From contig OZ024755.1 of NCBI GenBank assembly GCA_964016885.1, forward strand, positions 5,704,001 through 5,768,000: DNA of 64,000 bases, given 5' to 3'. Positions within the stretch are counted from its first letter, which is position 1, and every line of letters starts with the position of its first letter. The stretch comes from Eledone cirrhosa (lineage: Eukaryota). Below, piece after piece: positions 41,354 to 53,720 of this stretch. A model generated the notes under the pieces. The model was given only the letters and a program-made list of their open reading frames with translations. It did not search any database and had not been told where the DNA came from. Position numbers and translations under genes: made by a program.

Positions 41354-41953
41354 CATATATATATATATACATATATACATACTTATATATATATATATAT
41401 ATACATACTAATATATATATATATATACATACTTATATATATATATATACATACTTATATATATACACATACATACATACTTATATATATATATGGAATG
41501 GGTGTATATGTAGGGTACGAAGAGGCAGAGTGGTGAGAACGTGGTGTAGAATACTTAGCGGTAAACTTTTCCACCTTCCGCACTCTGGGTTCAAATCCAA
41601 CTCGCAGTCAGCTTTGCCAGTGACTGTTCTGAGGTCGATAAATGAAGTACGAATCCATTACTGAGCTCTAGTCTCATTCTCACTCTACAAAGGTCGTCTG
41701 TGTTGTCCAGACCTCTGTTCCGCCAAGTTTTAAATACCCGAGACTCTGAGGGAGCCCCTAAGGGCTGAATCAGATTAGGGGTCGTATATATATATATATA
41801 TATCGATGTGTATATATACATATATATATATATATACATATCGATATATATCGATTGACGGGGAACAGAGGATGAAGTAAAGAGCAAGAGAGATAGGGGA
41901 TTTAAAGGGGATCAGTGTATGTGTGTGGTAATATTTATGACATAAGTCATACT

Positions 41954-41994
<41 letters not shown>

Positions 41995-41995
41995 G

Positions 41996-42188
41996 GTTTT
42001 AATATAGAAGAGATTCTACAGGACTAGAACTGTTTCATTCATTAGAAATCATCAGGAATCTCTGATGATTTCTAATGAATGAAACAGTTCTAGTCCTGTA
42101 GAATCTCTTCTATATTAAAACTTTTATACTCTGCTATGTATTGAGTACCTTACTTACTGTGGTTACCTCCGATTCAACCCGGAATAAC

Positions 42189-42190
<2 letters not shown>
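41996..42190 (+). mobile_element. Family H2 fold-back HHR element
   Basis: Palindrome 41996-42121 plus tail matching 39640-39690; (TA)n flanks. Confidence 0.8.
42010..42062 (-). ncRNA. Type I hammerhead ribozyme, family H2
   Basis: Minus: GAGATTC-CTGATGA-tTTC-taat-GAAt-GAAACAG-ttctagtc-CTGTA-GAATCTC; perfect 7-bp stem I, 4-bp stem III, GUA site. Confidence 0.8.
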
Positions 42191-42240
<50 letters not shown>

Positions 42241-42325
42241 GTAGGTCCCGGGTTGAGTCGGGGATAACCACAGTAAGTAAGGTACTCAATACATGGCAGA
42301 GTAAAATTTTTTTATTTTATAGAAG

Positions 42326-42378
42326 AAGCTTCTACAGGACTAGTACTGTTTCATTCAGATGAAATCTTCAGGAAGCTC
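42326..42378 (-). ncRNA. Type I hammerhead ribozyme, family H2
   Basis: Minus: GAGCTTC-CTGAAGA-tTTCatctGAAt-GAAACAG-tactagtc-CTGTA-GAAGCTT. Confidence 0.8.
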
Positions 42379-42388
42379 AGGAGCTCCT

Positions 42389-42441
42389 GAGCTTCCTGAA
42401 GATTTCATCTGAATGAAACAGTACTAGTCCTGTAGAAGCTC
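42389..42441 (+). ncRNA. Type I hammerhead ribozyme, family H2
   Basis: GAGCTTC-CTGAAGA-tTTCatctGAAt-GAAACAG-tactagtc-CTGTA-GAAGCTC; predicted cleavage after 42434. Confidence 0.8.
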
Positions 42442-42442
42442 C

Positions 42443-42485
<43 letters not shown>

Positions 42486-42509
42486 TATATATAGATATAT
42501 ATATATATA

Positions 42510-42708
42510 TAATTGATTCTATTTTTGGCACAAGGCCAACAATAAACCAGTGCATTACTGGTATTTTATTTTATCGTAAGGATGAAAGGCAAAGTTAACC
42601 TCGGCGGGATTTGAACTCAGAATGTAAAGGGCCGTAACTCTATATATAATTGTTTCTACTTTAGGCACAAGGCCAGCTAATACCCAGTGCATTACTGGTA
42701 CTTATTTT
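42510..42708 (-). mobile_element. Two truncated S1 SINE pieces in tandem
   Basis: ggcacaaggcca...cattactggta twice, plus ggatgaaaggcaaagttaacctcggcggg. Confidence 0.75.
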
Positions 42709-42751
42709 ATAACTCTATATATAATTGATGTAAATCGAAGTTGCAGCTGCA

Positions 42752-42808
<57 letters not shown>

Positions 42809-42812
<4 letters not shown>

Positions 42813-42993
42813 AAAGTTTTATTTAAGATTGTTGGGTTACAACGAGTAAATATTTTATAACTGATATAAAAGCACTCAACAGTTCTGGAGTAGGTCTGAG
42901 GAAGGCATAACATATTTTTAATATGATATCCCAGAAACATATATAACGAAATAAATATGGTTTTATAAATATAGTTTCCATTTGTTTAATATC
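42809..42993. mobile_element. Family H1 element with internal inversion
   Basis: 42809-42890 is the distal tail in minus orientation; 42896-42993 is plus-strand CTGAGGA...GAAACATATATA plus the proximal tail; (TA)n flanks. Confidence 0.65.
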
Positions 42994-43021
42994 GTATATA
43001 TATATATATATATATATATAC

Positions 43022-43066
<45 letters not shown>

Positions 43067-43199
43067 TTTGCCTGAAAGGCGGAGTTGGTTGGGTTAAAAG
43101 ACAGCGGAAATAGATGAAAGAAAATTAAATGAGAAAAATCGAATGGAGAAAAATATGTAACCATAGTGTTGAGTATAACATGGGAGGCAGGGGGGGGGG

Positions 43200-43616
43200 G
43201 AGGCTGTGTGAGTGTGTGTGTGGGAGAGGGTGTATGTGGGTGAGAGAGGCTGTGTGAGTGTGTGTGTGTGGGAGAGAGGGTGTGTGTGTGGAGAGAGGCT
43301 GTGTGTGGGAGAGAGGTTGTGTGGGAGAGAGGTTGTGTGGGAGAGAGGTTGTGTGGGAGAGAGGGTGTGTGTGGGAGAGAGGGTGTGTGTGTGTGGGAGA
43401 GAGGCTGTGTGTGGGAGAGAGGTTGTGTGGGAGAGAGGTTGTGTGGGAGAGAGGTTGTGTGGGAGAGAGGCTGGGTGAGGGTGAGGGTATGTGTGTGTGA
43501 CAGAGGCTGTGTGAGTGTGTGGGTGGGAGTGATTGTGTGTGTAGGAGAGAGAGAGAGTGTGTGTGAGGGTGTGTGTGTGTGTGTGTGTGTGAGGGTGTGT
43601 GTGCGGGTGTATATGT

Positions 43617-43651
<35 letters not shown>

Positions 43652-45290
43652 TGTGTGTGTGTATTTGTAGGAGAGAGTGTGACAGTGTGTGTGTAGGAAA
43701 GAGTGTGTATGTATGAGGAGAGATACAACGAGGGGGAAGAGAAAGAGTAAGAGATAGAGAACTGTACAATAGGGAGAAGGATTAGGATTGAAAGAGAGAG
43801 AGAAGCAACACGTGTATTGGTGAGTGAGTGAGTGAGGGGGGGAGCAGCACGTGTGTCAAGAGAGAGTAACACAAAGAGAGAGAGTTTGGGAAGTGAAAGG
43901 AGAGAGGGTGAGTCAGTGCGGGACAGTATATGTGGTGGAGATAGGGTAGGTGAAAGAATGAGAGAGAGAGAGAGAGAGAGAGAGATATTGAGGGGGGGGG
44001 TGAGAGGGTGAAAGAGAGATGGGGGAAAGAGAGAGAGAGAGAAAGAGAGAGAGCGAATATTTGCGCGTGAGCGAGCAAGTTAAAGAGTGGGGGATAGATA
44101 GATAGAGAGAAGAGACTTGTGAGTGAGAGAATAAGAGGAAAAGGCAAACTGTATTGGTTAGTAAAAGAGAGGGAGGTTAGAAAGAGAGGGTGAGTGTTAA
44201 AGTGTTCAAGAGAGAGAGAGAGATAGAGATTTGTGTAAGGAGAAAGAACAGGAAAACCGATTTGTATGTAAAGAAAGATGGAGAGAACAGACAGACACAA
44301 AAAGTAGGAGAGAGAGAAGCTAGAAGTAAGGAAAGAAAGTGTAGTAAAGAGAGAGAGAGAGAGAGTTGTAGAGAGAGAGAGTTGTAGAGAGAGAGAGAGA
44401 GAGAGAGTTGTAAAGAGAGAGGTGGGAGGAAGGGTATGAGTTAAGAAAAAGAGATAAGATGATATATAGAGAGAGAGGTAGAACAGTGACTGTTAGAGAA
44501 AGATAGGTAAGGTTTTACTGTGTGAATATATAGCTAAATGTGTGTATGTGTGTGTGTTGATATGCTAGTGGTGTGTGTGCGGATGTGCGTGTGTATTTTA
44601 CATGTGTGAGTGTAAATGTGCATGTGTGTGCACATTTGGTGTATGTGTGTGTGTGTGTTGGTGACCGAGTATCTTGTATATTTCTGAAAGAGTGAGAGAA
44701 CGAGAGAAAGAGAGAATGAGAGAAAGTGAGGGAAGAGAGAAAGAGAGAACAGAGAATAAGAGAGATCGAGGGAAGAGAGAGAGAGAGCAAAGAGAGATCG
44801 AGGGAAGAGAGAGAGAGAGCAAAGAGAGAAAGCGAAAGAGAACAGAGAATAAGAGAGATCGAGGGAAGAGAGAGAGAGAGCAAAGAGAGATCGAGGGGAG
44901 AGAGAGAGAGAGCAAAGAGAGAAAGCGAGAGAGAACAGAGAATAAGAGAGATCGAGGGAAGAGAGAGAGAGAGCAAAGAGAGAGCGACAATGAGAGAGAG
45001 AGATAAAGCGAGAGAAAGAGAGACAAAGCGAGGGAGGGAAAAGAGAGTGAGAGAAAGGGACAAGAAGAGAGAGAGAAAAGGGGGAAAGGGGAAGAGAGAG
45101 AGAACAAAGAGAGAGGGAGATAAAGCGAGAGAAAGAGAGACAAAGGAGGGAAGACAGTGCGAGGGAGGGAAAAGAGAGAGAGAGAAAAGGGGCAGGAAGA
45201 GAGAGAGAGAAAGAAAGGGTAAGGAAGAGAGAGAGAAAAAGGGAAGAGAGGGAGAGAGAGAGGCAAGGAAGTGGCTAAGAATGTAAAATC
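43200..45290. repeat. GT/GA-rich low-complexity region with short higher-order repeats
   Basis: gtgtgggagagaggtt units and gagatcgagggaagagag units. Confidence 0.85.
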
Positions 45291-45345
45291 AGAATGAATC
45301 CAGTGATGAATCAAAACATTACATAATTCAAATAATGTTTCGTTG

Positions 45346-45369
45346 CCAGTAGATATTTACATAATATAG

Positions 45370-45416
<47 letters not shown>

Positions 45417-45920
45417 TGTGTGTGTGTCTGTGTGTGTGTGTGTGTGTGTATGTGTGTCTGTGTGTGTGTGTGTCTGTGTGTGTGTATGTGTGTGTCTGTG
45501 TGTGTGTGTCTGTCTGTGTGTGTGTGTGTGTGTCTGTGTGTGTGTCTGTGTGTGTGTGTGTGCCAGAAGATATTTACATAATATAGCCGTGTGTGTATCT
45601 GTGTGTGTCTGTGTGTCTGTGTGTGTGTGTGTGTCTGTGTGTGTCTGTGTGTGTGTCTGTGTGTGTGTGTATCTGTGTGTGCCAGTAGATATTTACATAA
45701 TATAGCCGTGTGTGTGTGTGTGTGTCTGTGTGTGGGTGTATGTGTGTGTGTGCCAGTAGATATTTACATAATATAGCCGTGCGCGTGTGTATGTGTGTGT
45801 GGGGGTGTGTGTGTGTGTGTGTGTGTACCAGTAGATATTTACATAATATAGCCGTGTGTGTGTGTGTGTGTGTGTATCTCTGTGTGTATGTGTCAGTAGA
45901 TATTTACATAATATAGCCGT
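45346..45920. repeat. Composite satellite: six about 28-bp conserved blocks separated by (TG)-rich spacers
   Basis: (g)ccagtagatatttacataatatagccg at about 45346, 45562, 45681, 45752, 45828 and 45894. Confidence 0.9.
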
Positions 45921-47569
45921 GTGTGTGTGTATGTGTGTGTCTGTGCGTGTGTATGTGTGTGTCTGTGCGTGTGTATGTGTGAGTGAATGTGCGTGTGTGT
46001 GTGCAAATAGAATCACATTTACAAACTGGTGTATATATGTATATATAAAGTTTGCATGTGTGTGCAAATATAGAGATACACATTTATTGAGTGTATTTCT
46101 ATATATATATATATATATATATAGTGAATATTATATATAAATGCAATCATTTATATACGGACATGTGTTTGTATGTGCGTATGTTTGTAGCGTAATTACC
46201 AACAAGTGCTTTAGGTCAGGAGAAGAGATATATATTTATATAGCAATATTACACAACCTTAAATTGGCTACCGTCTGGTTTCATACATGAACAGTTCAAT
46301 GTTTGGGATAATATTTCCCTTTATCTTTTTAGTTTTTCCCCAGGCATATACGCTTACATATGGATGATTTCTTGAAAATCGTAATGCATCAATCCGACTA
46401 AAAATTCCACCAAACCATCGCCTTGAAATGGTTCTTTGTTTGTAGACACCTATTAACTTATATATATATATATATATATATTCAGGGAGTGTAACGCGGA
46501 GGTCTGTAGGTTCACCCGGGTGAGCATTTGATATTTAGGTTCACATCGGTATCGAGGTTTAGAGCTAGACAGAGTGTAGTATAATAAAATCAACCAAAGA
46601 GGTCTGACGAGCCATTCATTACAGAGTCGGGCAACATCGATACAGATCGAACCTTGAGCTGATCAATAGCGAAACACGCGTCACCAACCAATAAACTTAA
46701 TGAAGGAGTAACCACTGTCGGTCTCGGCGTCTTGTATCTTTGCTTGTTACATAGATATCTGACAGGCAGTCAAGCGATGTGATGGAAGAATGCACAGCTT
46801 CTCTACCAGCATTATGAACAACTCGCAGAAAAACCACCCTTTCGGTGGTTTTCTGTTGGCATGTGTAGTGTGTATATTATATTAGTATTATACGCAAGTA
46901 TATATGCATGTAGATATGATACATCAAATAAAATCGTAATTGACAATATACACAGAAATTGAATGGAGATTGCTACACTCTCTTATGTAATCATTAAAAA
47001 CAGACGATATTATATATAATCTGCATTAGGAGAAAATTAGTGACGAAACGTATGAATGTTTATTTAAGCGATCGCTAACCGGAAGTGTTGACATTTGAAA
47101 ATTTTAAAGAAGTCAATAATTAAATAAGTAATAAAATATATTTAATGAACAGCCACGAAATTTAGTAGATAAATTACGTAATATTCATTCATTATTTATT
47201 CAAAGTAATCCAATTTATTTTACTAACGAGATAAAAAATATATTCTGGACGCAGTCCCGCACCCATTACTTTATTATAGTTTAGATTCCTTGTGTAGGAT
47301 TTGACTTTAACTAGATATTGGTTAAAGTATAATTGTAGATGGAAACTATACAATGAACCATAGAAAAGGTTTAATAGATTGAGCCGAGATATGTTTCCCC
47401 GTCTCTTACAATACTTATCGTTAGCCATGAAGGCTCATTACAGAGGTTCTCTAAGAAACTTCAATAGAAATTCAAGGACGGAATCTCAGTAACTTTTAAA
47501 TTTACGATAAGTTTTATTTTGAAAGACCATGTAACTGGGTTTCATAGAAATAAATTGCTGAAGCAAGTG

Positions 47570-47603
<34 letters not shown>

Positions 47604-47610
47604 GTGATAT

Positions 47611-47645
<35 letters not shown>

Positions 47646-47659
47646 ATATATAGTGATAT

Positions 47660-47694
<35 letters not shown>

Positions 47695-47910
47695 ATATAT
47701 AGTGATATATATATATATATAAATATATATATATATTATATATATAGTGATATATAATATATTATATATAAATAGTGAATATATATATATATAATATATA
47801 GTGATATATATATATATATATAATATATAATAATATATAGTGATATATATATATATATCTATTATATATATATATAGTGATATAATTTATAACATATGTG
47901 ATATAATATA

Positions 47911-48110
47911 NNNNNNNNNNNNNNNNNNNNNNNNNNNNNNNNNNNNNNNNNNNNNNNNNNNNNNNNNNNNNNNNNNNNNNNNNNNNNNNNNNNNNNNNNN
48001 NNNNNNNNNNNNNNNNNNNNNNNNNNNNNNNNNNNNNNNNNNNNNNNNNNNNNNNNNNNNNNNNNNNNNNNNNNNNNNNNNNNNNNNNNNNNNNNNNNNN
48101 NNNNNNNNNN
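47911..48110. other. Assembly gap (200 N)
   Basis: Run of n. Confidence 0.99.
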
Positions 48111-48131
48111 ATAGCTGGAAGGTGCGATGGA

Positions 48132-48179
<48 letters not shown>

Positions 48180-48342
48180 CTAGCTGGAGGTTCGGACGTC
48201 ACACATATACATATATATAGCTAGAAGGGTGGGATGTGGGGGTGGGGGGTGAAGGATAAATATATATACACACACATTCAAAAATGTACATACATACAAA
48301 AATATACACACATCGGTGAGATGGAAGATACTGGTTCCGACG

Positions 48343-48397
<55 letters not shown>

Positions 48398-48480
48398 GTT
48401 GGGTGTGGCGGATTTTTGATTCGGACGTCACACATATACACGCACATAAATACACATATACAAAAATATACACACATAAG

Positions 48481-48756
48481 CAAGGGCCTTGTTTCAGGGG
48501 GTACCAGGGGACAAGTCCTCGCCCCCCTAACTTTTTCAAACGTCTATATTTTATTTTATGCTTATTTTATATAATAAATTCTTTTAAAGCTTATTTCTTT
48601 ATATCTGAACTTCATTTGAATATATAAAATTTAATTAGCGTAAAATATTACTTATGATAGGGTCCAGGAAAGGCACCATAAGCAATTTATGCTCCTTTAA
48701 GAATCAACAAATGTTGGTTTGTCCCCCTCACATTTTTAAGGCAAACGAGGCCCCTG
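48481..48756 (+). mobile_element. MITE family M1, full-length, possibly hAT
   Basis: TIRs caagggccttgttt / aaacgaggcccctg; flanks cacataag / cacatagt resemble an 8-bp TSD. Confidence 0.75.
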
Positions 48757-48994
48757 CACATAGTTTAAGATGGAAGATACTGGTTTCGACGTTATATATA
48801 CACAAAATAGATTAAAAGTAAATACGAAAGAAACAACGTTACTGGGTTTCACATCCAGTTTTAAAAAGAGTTAGACCACGGTCACAATACGAGGATGAAT
48901 CTTTATAAAGAGCTGTGGCTTAGAACAGCAGATTTATCTCAGTTTATCTTCTTAAAAACTTTAGCCAACAAAATGTTATTCCTGTATCCTCACA

Positions 48995-49651
48995 CAGGTG
49001 TGGCCCAACAGTCACACAAGAGTTTTAGTTTTTATCAATTTCCTGAATTGTACAGATACTTTATGAAGTACAATACAATATGATACAATATGAAATGTTG
49101 TTATGTACAATATGATACAATATGAAAGTACAGATACAATATGAAATTTTGTTACAACTTAAAGAACATAATTGTTTCTAGTTTTGGCACAAGGCCAGCA
49201 ATTATCCTAGTGCATTACTGGTACTTTATTTTATCGACCTCGTAAGGATGAAAGGCAAAATTAACCTCAGTGGGATTTGAACTCAGATCATAAAGGGCCA
49301 TAACTCTATGCTGCAAAGCATACGTCCGACCCTCTACCGATACTGCCAATCTACCAGAATTGTGATAATAATTGCTTCTATTTTTGGCACAAGGTCAGCA
49401 ATTATCCCAGTGTATTACCGGTACTTTATTTTATCGACCCCGTAAGGATGAAAGGCAAAGTTAACCTCGGCGGGATTTGAACTCAGATCATAAAGGGGCG
49501 TAACTCTATACAACTTAAAGGACATAATGGAAATTATTTTGCACTCGTCAATCCTTGTCACGTTACTAAATACATACATTACTAAATATTATAAAATAAG
49601 AAAATGATAAACAATTGCATCACCTATGTGACTTTTGGGCCACCCACCCTG
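48995..49651. mobile_element. Tc1/mariner-type MITE interrupted by an S1 SINE dimer
   Basis: TIR pair caggtgtggcccaacagtcaca / tgtgacttttgggccacccaccctg. Confidence 0.55.
49168..49508 (-). mobile_element. S1 SINE dimer flanked by one 20-bp TSD
   Basis: Copies at 49168-49355 and 49366-49508; tacaacttaaag(a/g)acataat at 49153-49172 and 49509-49528. Confidence 0.8.
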
Positions 49652-50226
49652 TATAATTCGAAATATTTATCAAGGGTTAAAATCTCTATGGCAACTAACA
49701 GTTTTTTTGTAGTGTTTCACTTGCTCAACTTTAAATTTGACGAGTTCAGTAAAAAGAGAAGATAATCTCCGAAGACAAATTCATATTTAAAGAAATGAAC
49801 TGAATAATGAATTACACAGATATATTTCTGAATTGTTTGTCACATTGGATGGTGCCACTTAGAAACATATATATACACATATATACACGCATATATACAC
49901 ATATATACACGCATATATACATATATATATGCATGTATACACACATATGCACATATATATATACACATATATACACACATATGAACATATATATATACAC
50001 ATATATACACACATATGCACATATATATATACACATATATACACACATATATATACACACATATATATATACACACATATGCATACATATATACACACAT
50101 AGACATATATATGCACATATACATACAAATATATACACACACAGACATATATATGCACATATACATACAAATATATACACACATACACGCATATACATGC
50201 ATATATACACCTATACATGCATATAT

Positions 50227-50279
<53 letters not shown>

Positions 50280-52005
50280 CATACACACGTGTGTGTGTTC
50301 GTGTCAATATTCTCAATAAAAAATTTGTTCTTCTTGTATGATTCACTCATGTTTCTATTAAAGCTACTATATATATAAATGCAGGTAAGATAAAACCAAG
50401 AATTACTAAGAATGAGATCTAGAACCATTAAACCTGAGATATATAGAACTACATAACTCTGAATATTATATAATGTCCGAGCCGCTGATTCACAGCAGTA
50501 TTTCCTCTTCATTGAAACTAAAACACGTTTTTTTTTTCAGATTAATCTATGTTTGAGTCATTCAATGTCAGCTGTGTACCAACATTTTCTTTAACCCTTC
50601 TCAAAACTGTTTGAAATCGACCCTGGTTCTAAACCATTTGTTTTAACCCATTAACATTTAAACCGGCCATATCCGGCCAGAATTCTCTCACCTTTTTCTG
50701 TACAAACTGGCTGTAACTGGCCACTCATACTAATGTTAAGGTATTATTTTAAAAATAAATAATATCAAAATCTGATAGATTCGATATTATGTGAGATATT
50801 ATGTAAGATAAATTGTTTACCACGAAAATACAATAGTATATACAGAGTAATGTGAATACTAAAAGGTTAAAGTGTTCAGACTTGCATTTAATCCTCCCAT
50901 CATAATTTTCTGTAACAATGTTTTACTTTTACTATGTTATGACTCTATACTAGCGTAATAATTAAAACTTTAATTATATAACTCAATCTTAATTATAACT
51001 CAATCTTAATTATTAAAAAAAAATTAAAACAATTAAAAACTAATGAAATAAGCTAACGAAGGAGTTAATCTATTCTTGATAAAGAACCGTAATAGTTATT
51101 TTTTTTTTTAATATAAAATAATTTTATTCAAGAAGCCATTTATATCTATAATCAACTCGCGAACAGGTGATATAGAATTGTTTATAAAAGTATTGATTTC
51201 TGAAAATCGCTTCAGGCCTCACTCTTAAAGACGTTAGTGCCGGAAGTGAAACGAAATTATTAAGAGCAGCGGAATGGGTTTATCCAAAAACGACAGAAAT
51301 AACAACGGCGACAGAAACAAAAACAATGTGTTTGTTTTTATAGAGTCCGAGTGTAGCGGAGAACGGTGGAAGAAAGGTTATATGAATAATGAATAAAAGC
51401 TACAGAAATAACCGGGTTTATTGTTTAGTTGAATATATGGCTGATAGATGCTGACAGATGCTAACAGAAACTAAATGTTTTGATATTGCCCCGTCGACTA
51501 AAAACGTCAAGTTTTCGTAATAAATCATTCATTATATGGCCAGAGAGATACACATGAAAGTCAATACACCAGGAACGTGTTAAATGATGTAGAGAAACAA
51601 TGATTAAAGCTGTAAGGAAATTCTCGTTAAATAAAGCCAGAAATTTATTCTCCTAACATCGCTTATGGCGTTGAAAAAACACAAAAACAATAACAATATT
51701 CTCTCTTCTCCCATAAATGTTTAATAAGGATGGGTCTAACTAAGGTATCATGATATAAAAACACAATCATAAAGATACCCGAGACAGAAGAATGAGGGAC
51801 AAGATGCTTTATTCTATATAGCAAAATGTTTTGTTGGTTTACAATTGTACGAAGTACGGTCTTCTCTGTGAAATAACTGTCAGTGGTTTACAAGTTATGA
51901 ATTTGCATTCGTTTTTGATGTTTGGACGGATTAGATGAAGCCCGGAGCTTATTCAGGTTTCATGTGCGTTAAATGACTGGGAATTAATAAAAAGGGGCAC
52001 CCCAT

Positions 52006-52191
52006 ATGGCTAACCCCCAGCTGTCTATGGTACTGGAAATACAAGATGGGGCGCCAAACCCTCATATGGTTAATCCTCAGCTGTCAATGCTACTGGAAAT
52101 ACAAGATGTGTTGACAAACCATCACATGGTTAACTTCCAGCTGTCGATGGTACTGGGAAGAAATTTGTTTGGACAATATCTCAAATTTTAG
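52006..52191 (+). CDS. Possible small ORF or exon with 20-aa (60-bp) imperfect repeats
   Basis: About 2.6 units of M.NPQLSM.LEIQD...N.H; several unit differences are synonymous. Confidence 0.25.
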   Translation: MANPQLSMVLEIQDGAPNPHMVNPQLSMLLEIQDVLTNHHMVNFQLSMVLGRNLFGQYLKF

Positions 52192-53535
52192 TTCTATTAG
52201 ATATATTTATTTGCAGTGGGTTGACTGTTTTCCAGCCGAATTATGAGCAGTTTATATTGTCTCCACAGAACTGCTCTATTTCTGTAGCCTCAAAGTCTAA
52301 ATCTCAATAACACAACCTTCCTGAGTCTAAATAAATACAATGTAGTGGACAGCTTATACTATTACCTAAAAGTGTATTGTAAAATGGCGAGTGTTTAGTT
52401 AGCTTGTTGTGTTTAGATTAAGTCAACTTGGCCTGTTTTTATGAAGTGGTGATCACATTGTGGTCACGTTTCTAATAATAGTTTTAACACGTGGAAAAAA
52501 ATCTGTATTCTTTATATATAAAAATATAAAACGACCTTTCGTTTTGGACTAAAATAAATAAATAAATAATTCTTTAATTAATAGCAAAGTTCTATCTTTC
52601 GGAAAGAAACATGTAGATATAAAGACAAGATCTCACCAGATCAATAGATGTAACTACAGCTACTCTTGTATTGCAATAGGATGGGAAGTAATGAGAAATT
52701 TTCAGTAAATATCATCTTAGAGATACATCATGCCTTCGGACATTAGGAAACTAAACACACCTTCAACATTCTTGTTTGAGTAATCTAGGAAACTTAGCAG
52801 ATATGTTTAAATATTGATTTCTTTTAAGTTGAAAAAAAAATGTTTTTCAGGGAGAGCATCTCTACAGTAGTATATACATAGCTCATACTTATTTATTGTT
52901 CCCAACTGGGAGATAAAGGCGTGGCTAAATAGAAAGCTACGTATTCAGACTAACTATTGTAATACTTTCCATCCGTGTTGTAGAAGTGGCTTACCTAGAA
53001 ACTACTAATCCACTTTAGTACATTGTACAATCATCCTTACTTTCTACATGTCAAGATAAATGTAGAAAAATTATTGATCATATAAACTTAATACAATATT
53101 TCTTCTCGTTATGAATTACACCATGGGAAAAGAGCCGAGTCCATTCTTTCTCCGATACAATATAACTTTTAAAAGTCGATATTTTCAAAGTAGATATGTT
53201 CTATTCCGAATTTCTACGTCCATTTAAATAGGGGAGCTTCTATGATGTTTGTTTGTTTGTTGGTTGCTTTTTTTACTTCAGGACCAAAAGTTTTGAATAG
53301 AAAGCCTGACATAGAACTTTGAATTGTTCGTATATAAACATATGAGGTAAATATTAGTAAGCGGTAGAATTCATAATAATTTTGGTATGATTCACTCGTT
53401 GTCAAGTTGATAAATATTAAACTACTTTCCAAATTATTAATATATTTGTAGCCTCTACCCTTAATTCTCTAGATTCATGATATATTTTCCTGTCACTTTT
53501 AACGACACCGTTAATGTAAAGATGACAACGACTAT

Positions 53536-53720
53536 TCATCATCATCATCATCATCATCGTTTAACGTCCATCTTCCACGCTAGCATGGGTTAGACGGTTT
53601 TGTTCCATTTGATGCGGGAGACCATGTCTCGCTCGCACGAAAGCGTCTTTGGAAGGTTTTTTACAGCTGGATGCCCTTCCTAAAACCAACCACATTTACA
53701 GTGTGGACTGGGAGCCTTTT
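53536..53720 (-). mobile_element. Non-LTR element 3' end with (GAT)n tail (probably RTE-associated)
   Basis: (cat)n-cgtttaacgtcc..ttcca.gctagcatgggtt and tttacagctggatgcccttcct, recalled as a common repeat terminus; family not verified. Confidence 0.5.

Larger units (their letters stand above)
42241..42449 (-). mobile_element. Family H2 fold-back HHR element, opposite orientation
   Basis: Tail reversed at 42246-42305; palindrome about 42318-42449 centred on caggagctcctg. Confidence 0.8.

Noticed and set aside
45346-45920. CRISPR-like repeat-spacer appearance
   Set aside because: Spacers are variable-length TG microsatellite, the context is eukaryotic, and there are no cas genes.
46826-46855. 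Hairpin aaaccacc/ggtggtttt followed by T's, resembling a bacterial terminator
   Set aside because: Eukaryotic context, no upstream gene, and no Helitron CTRR end at the expected place.
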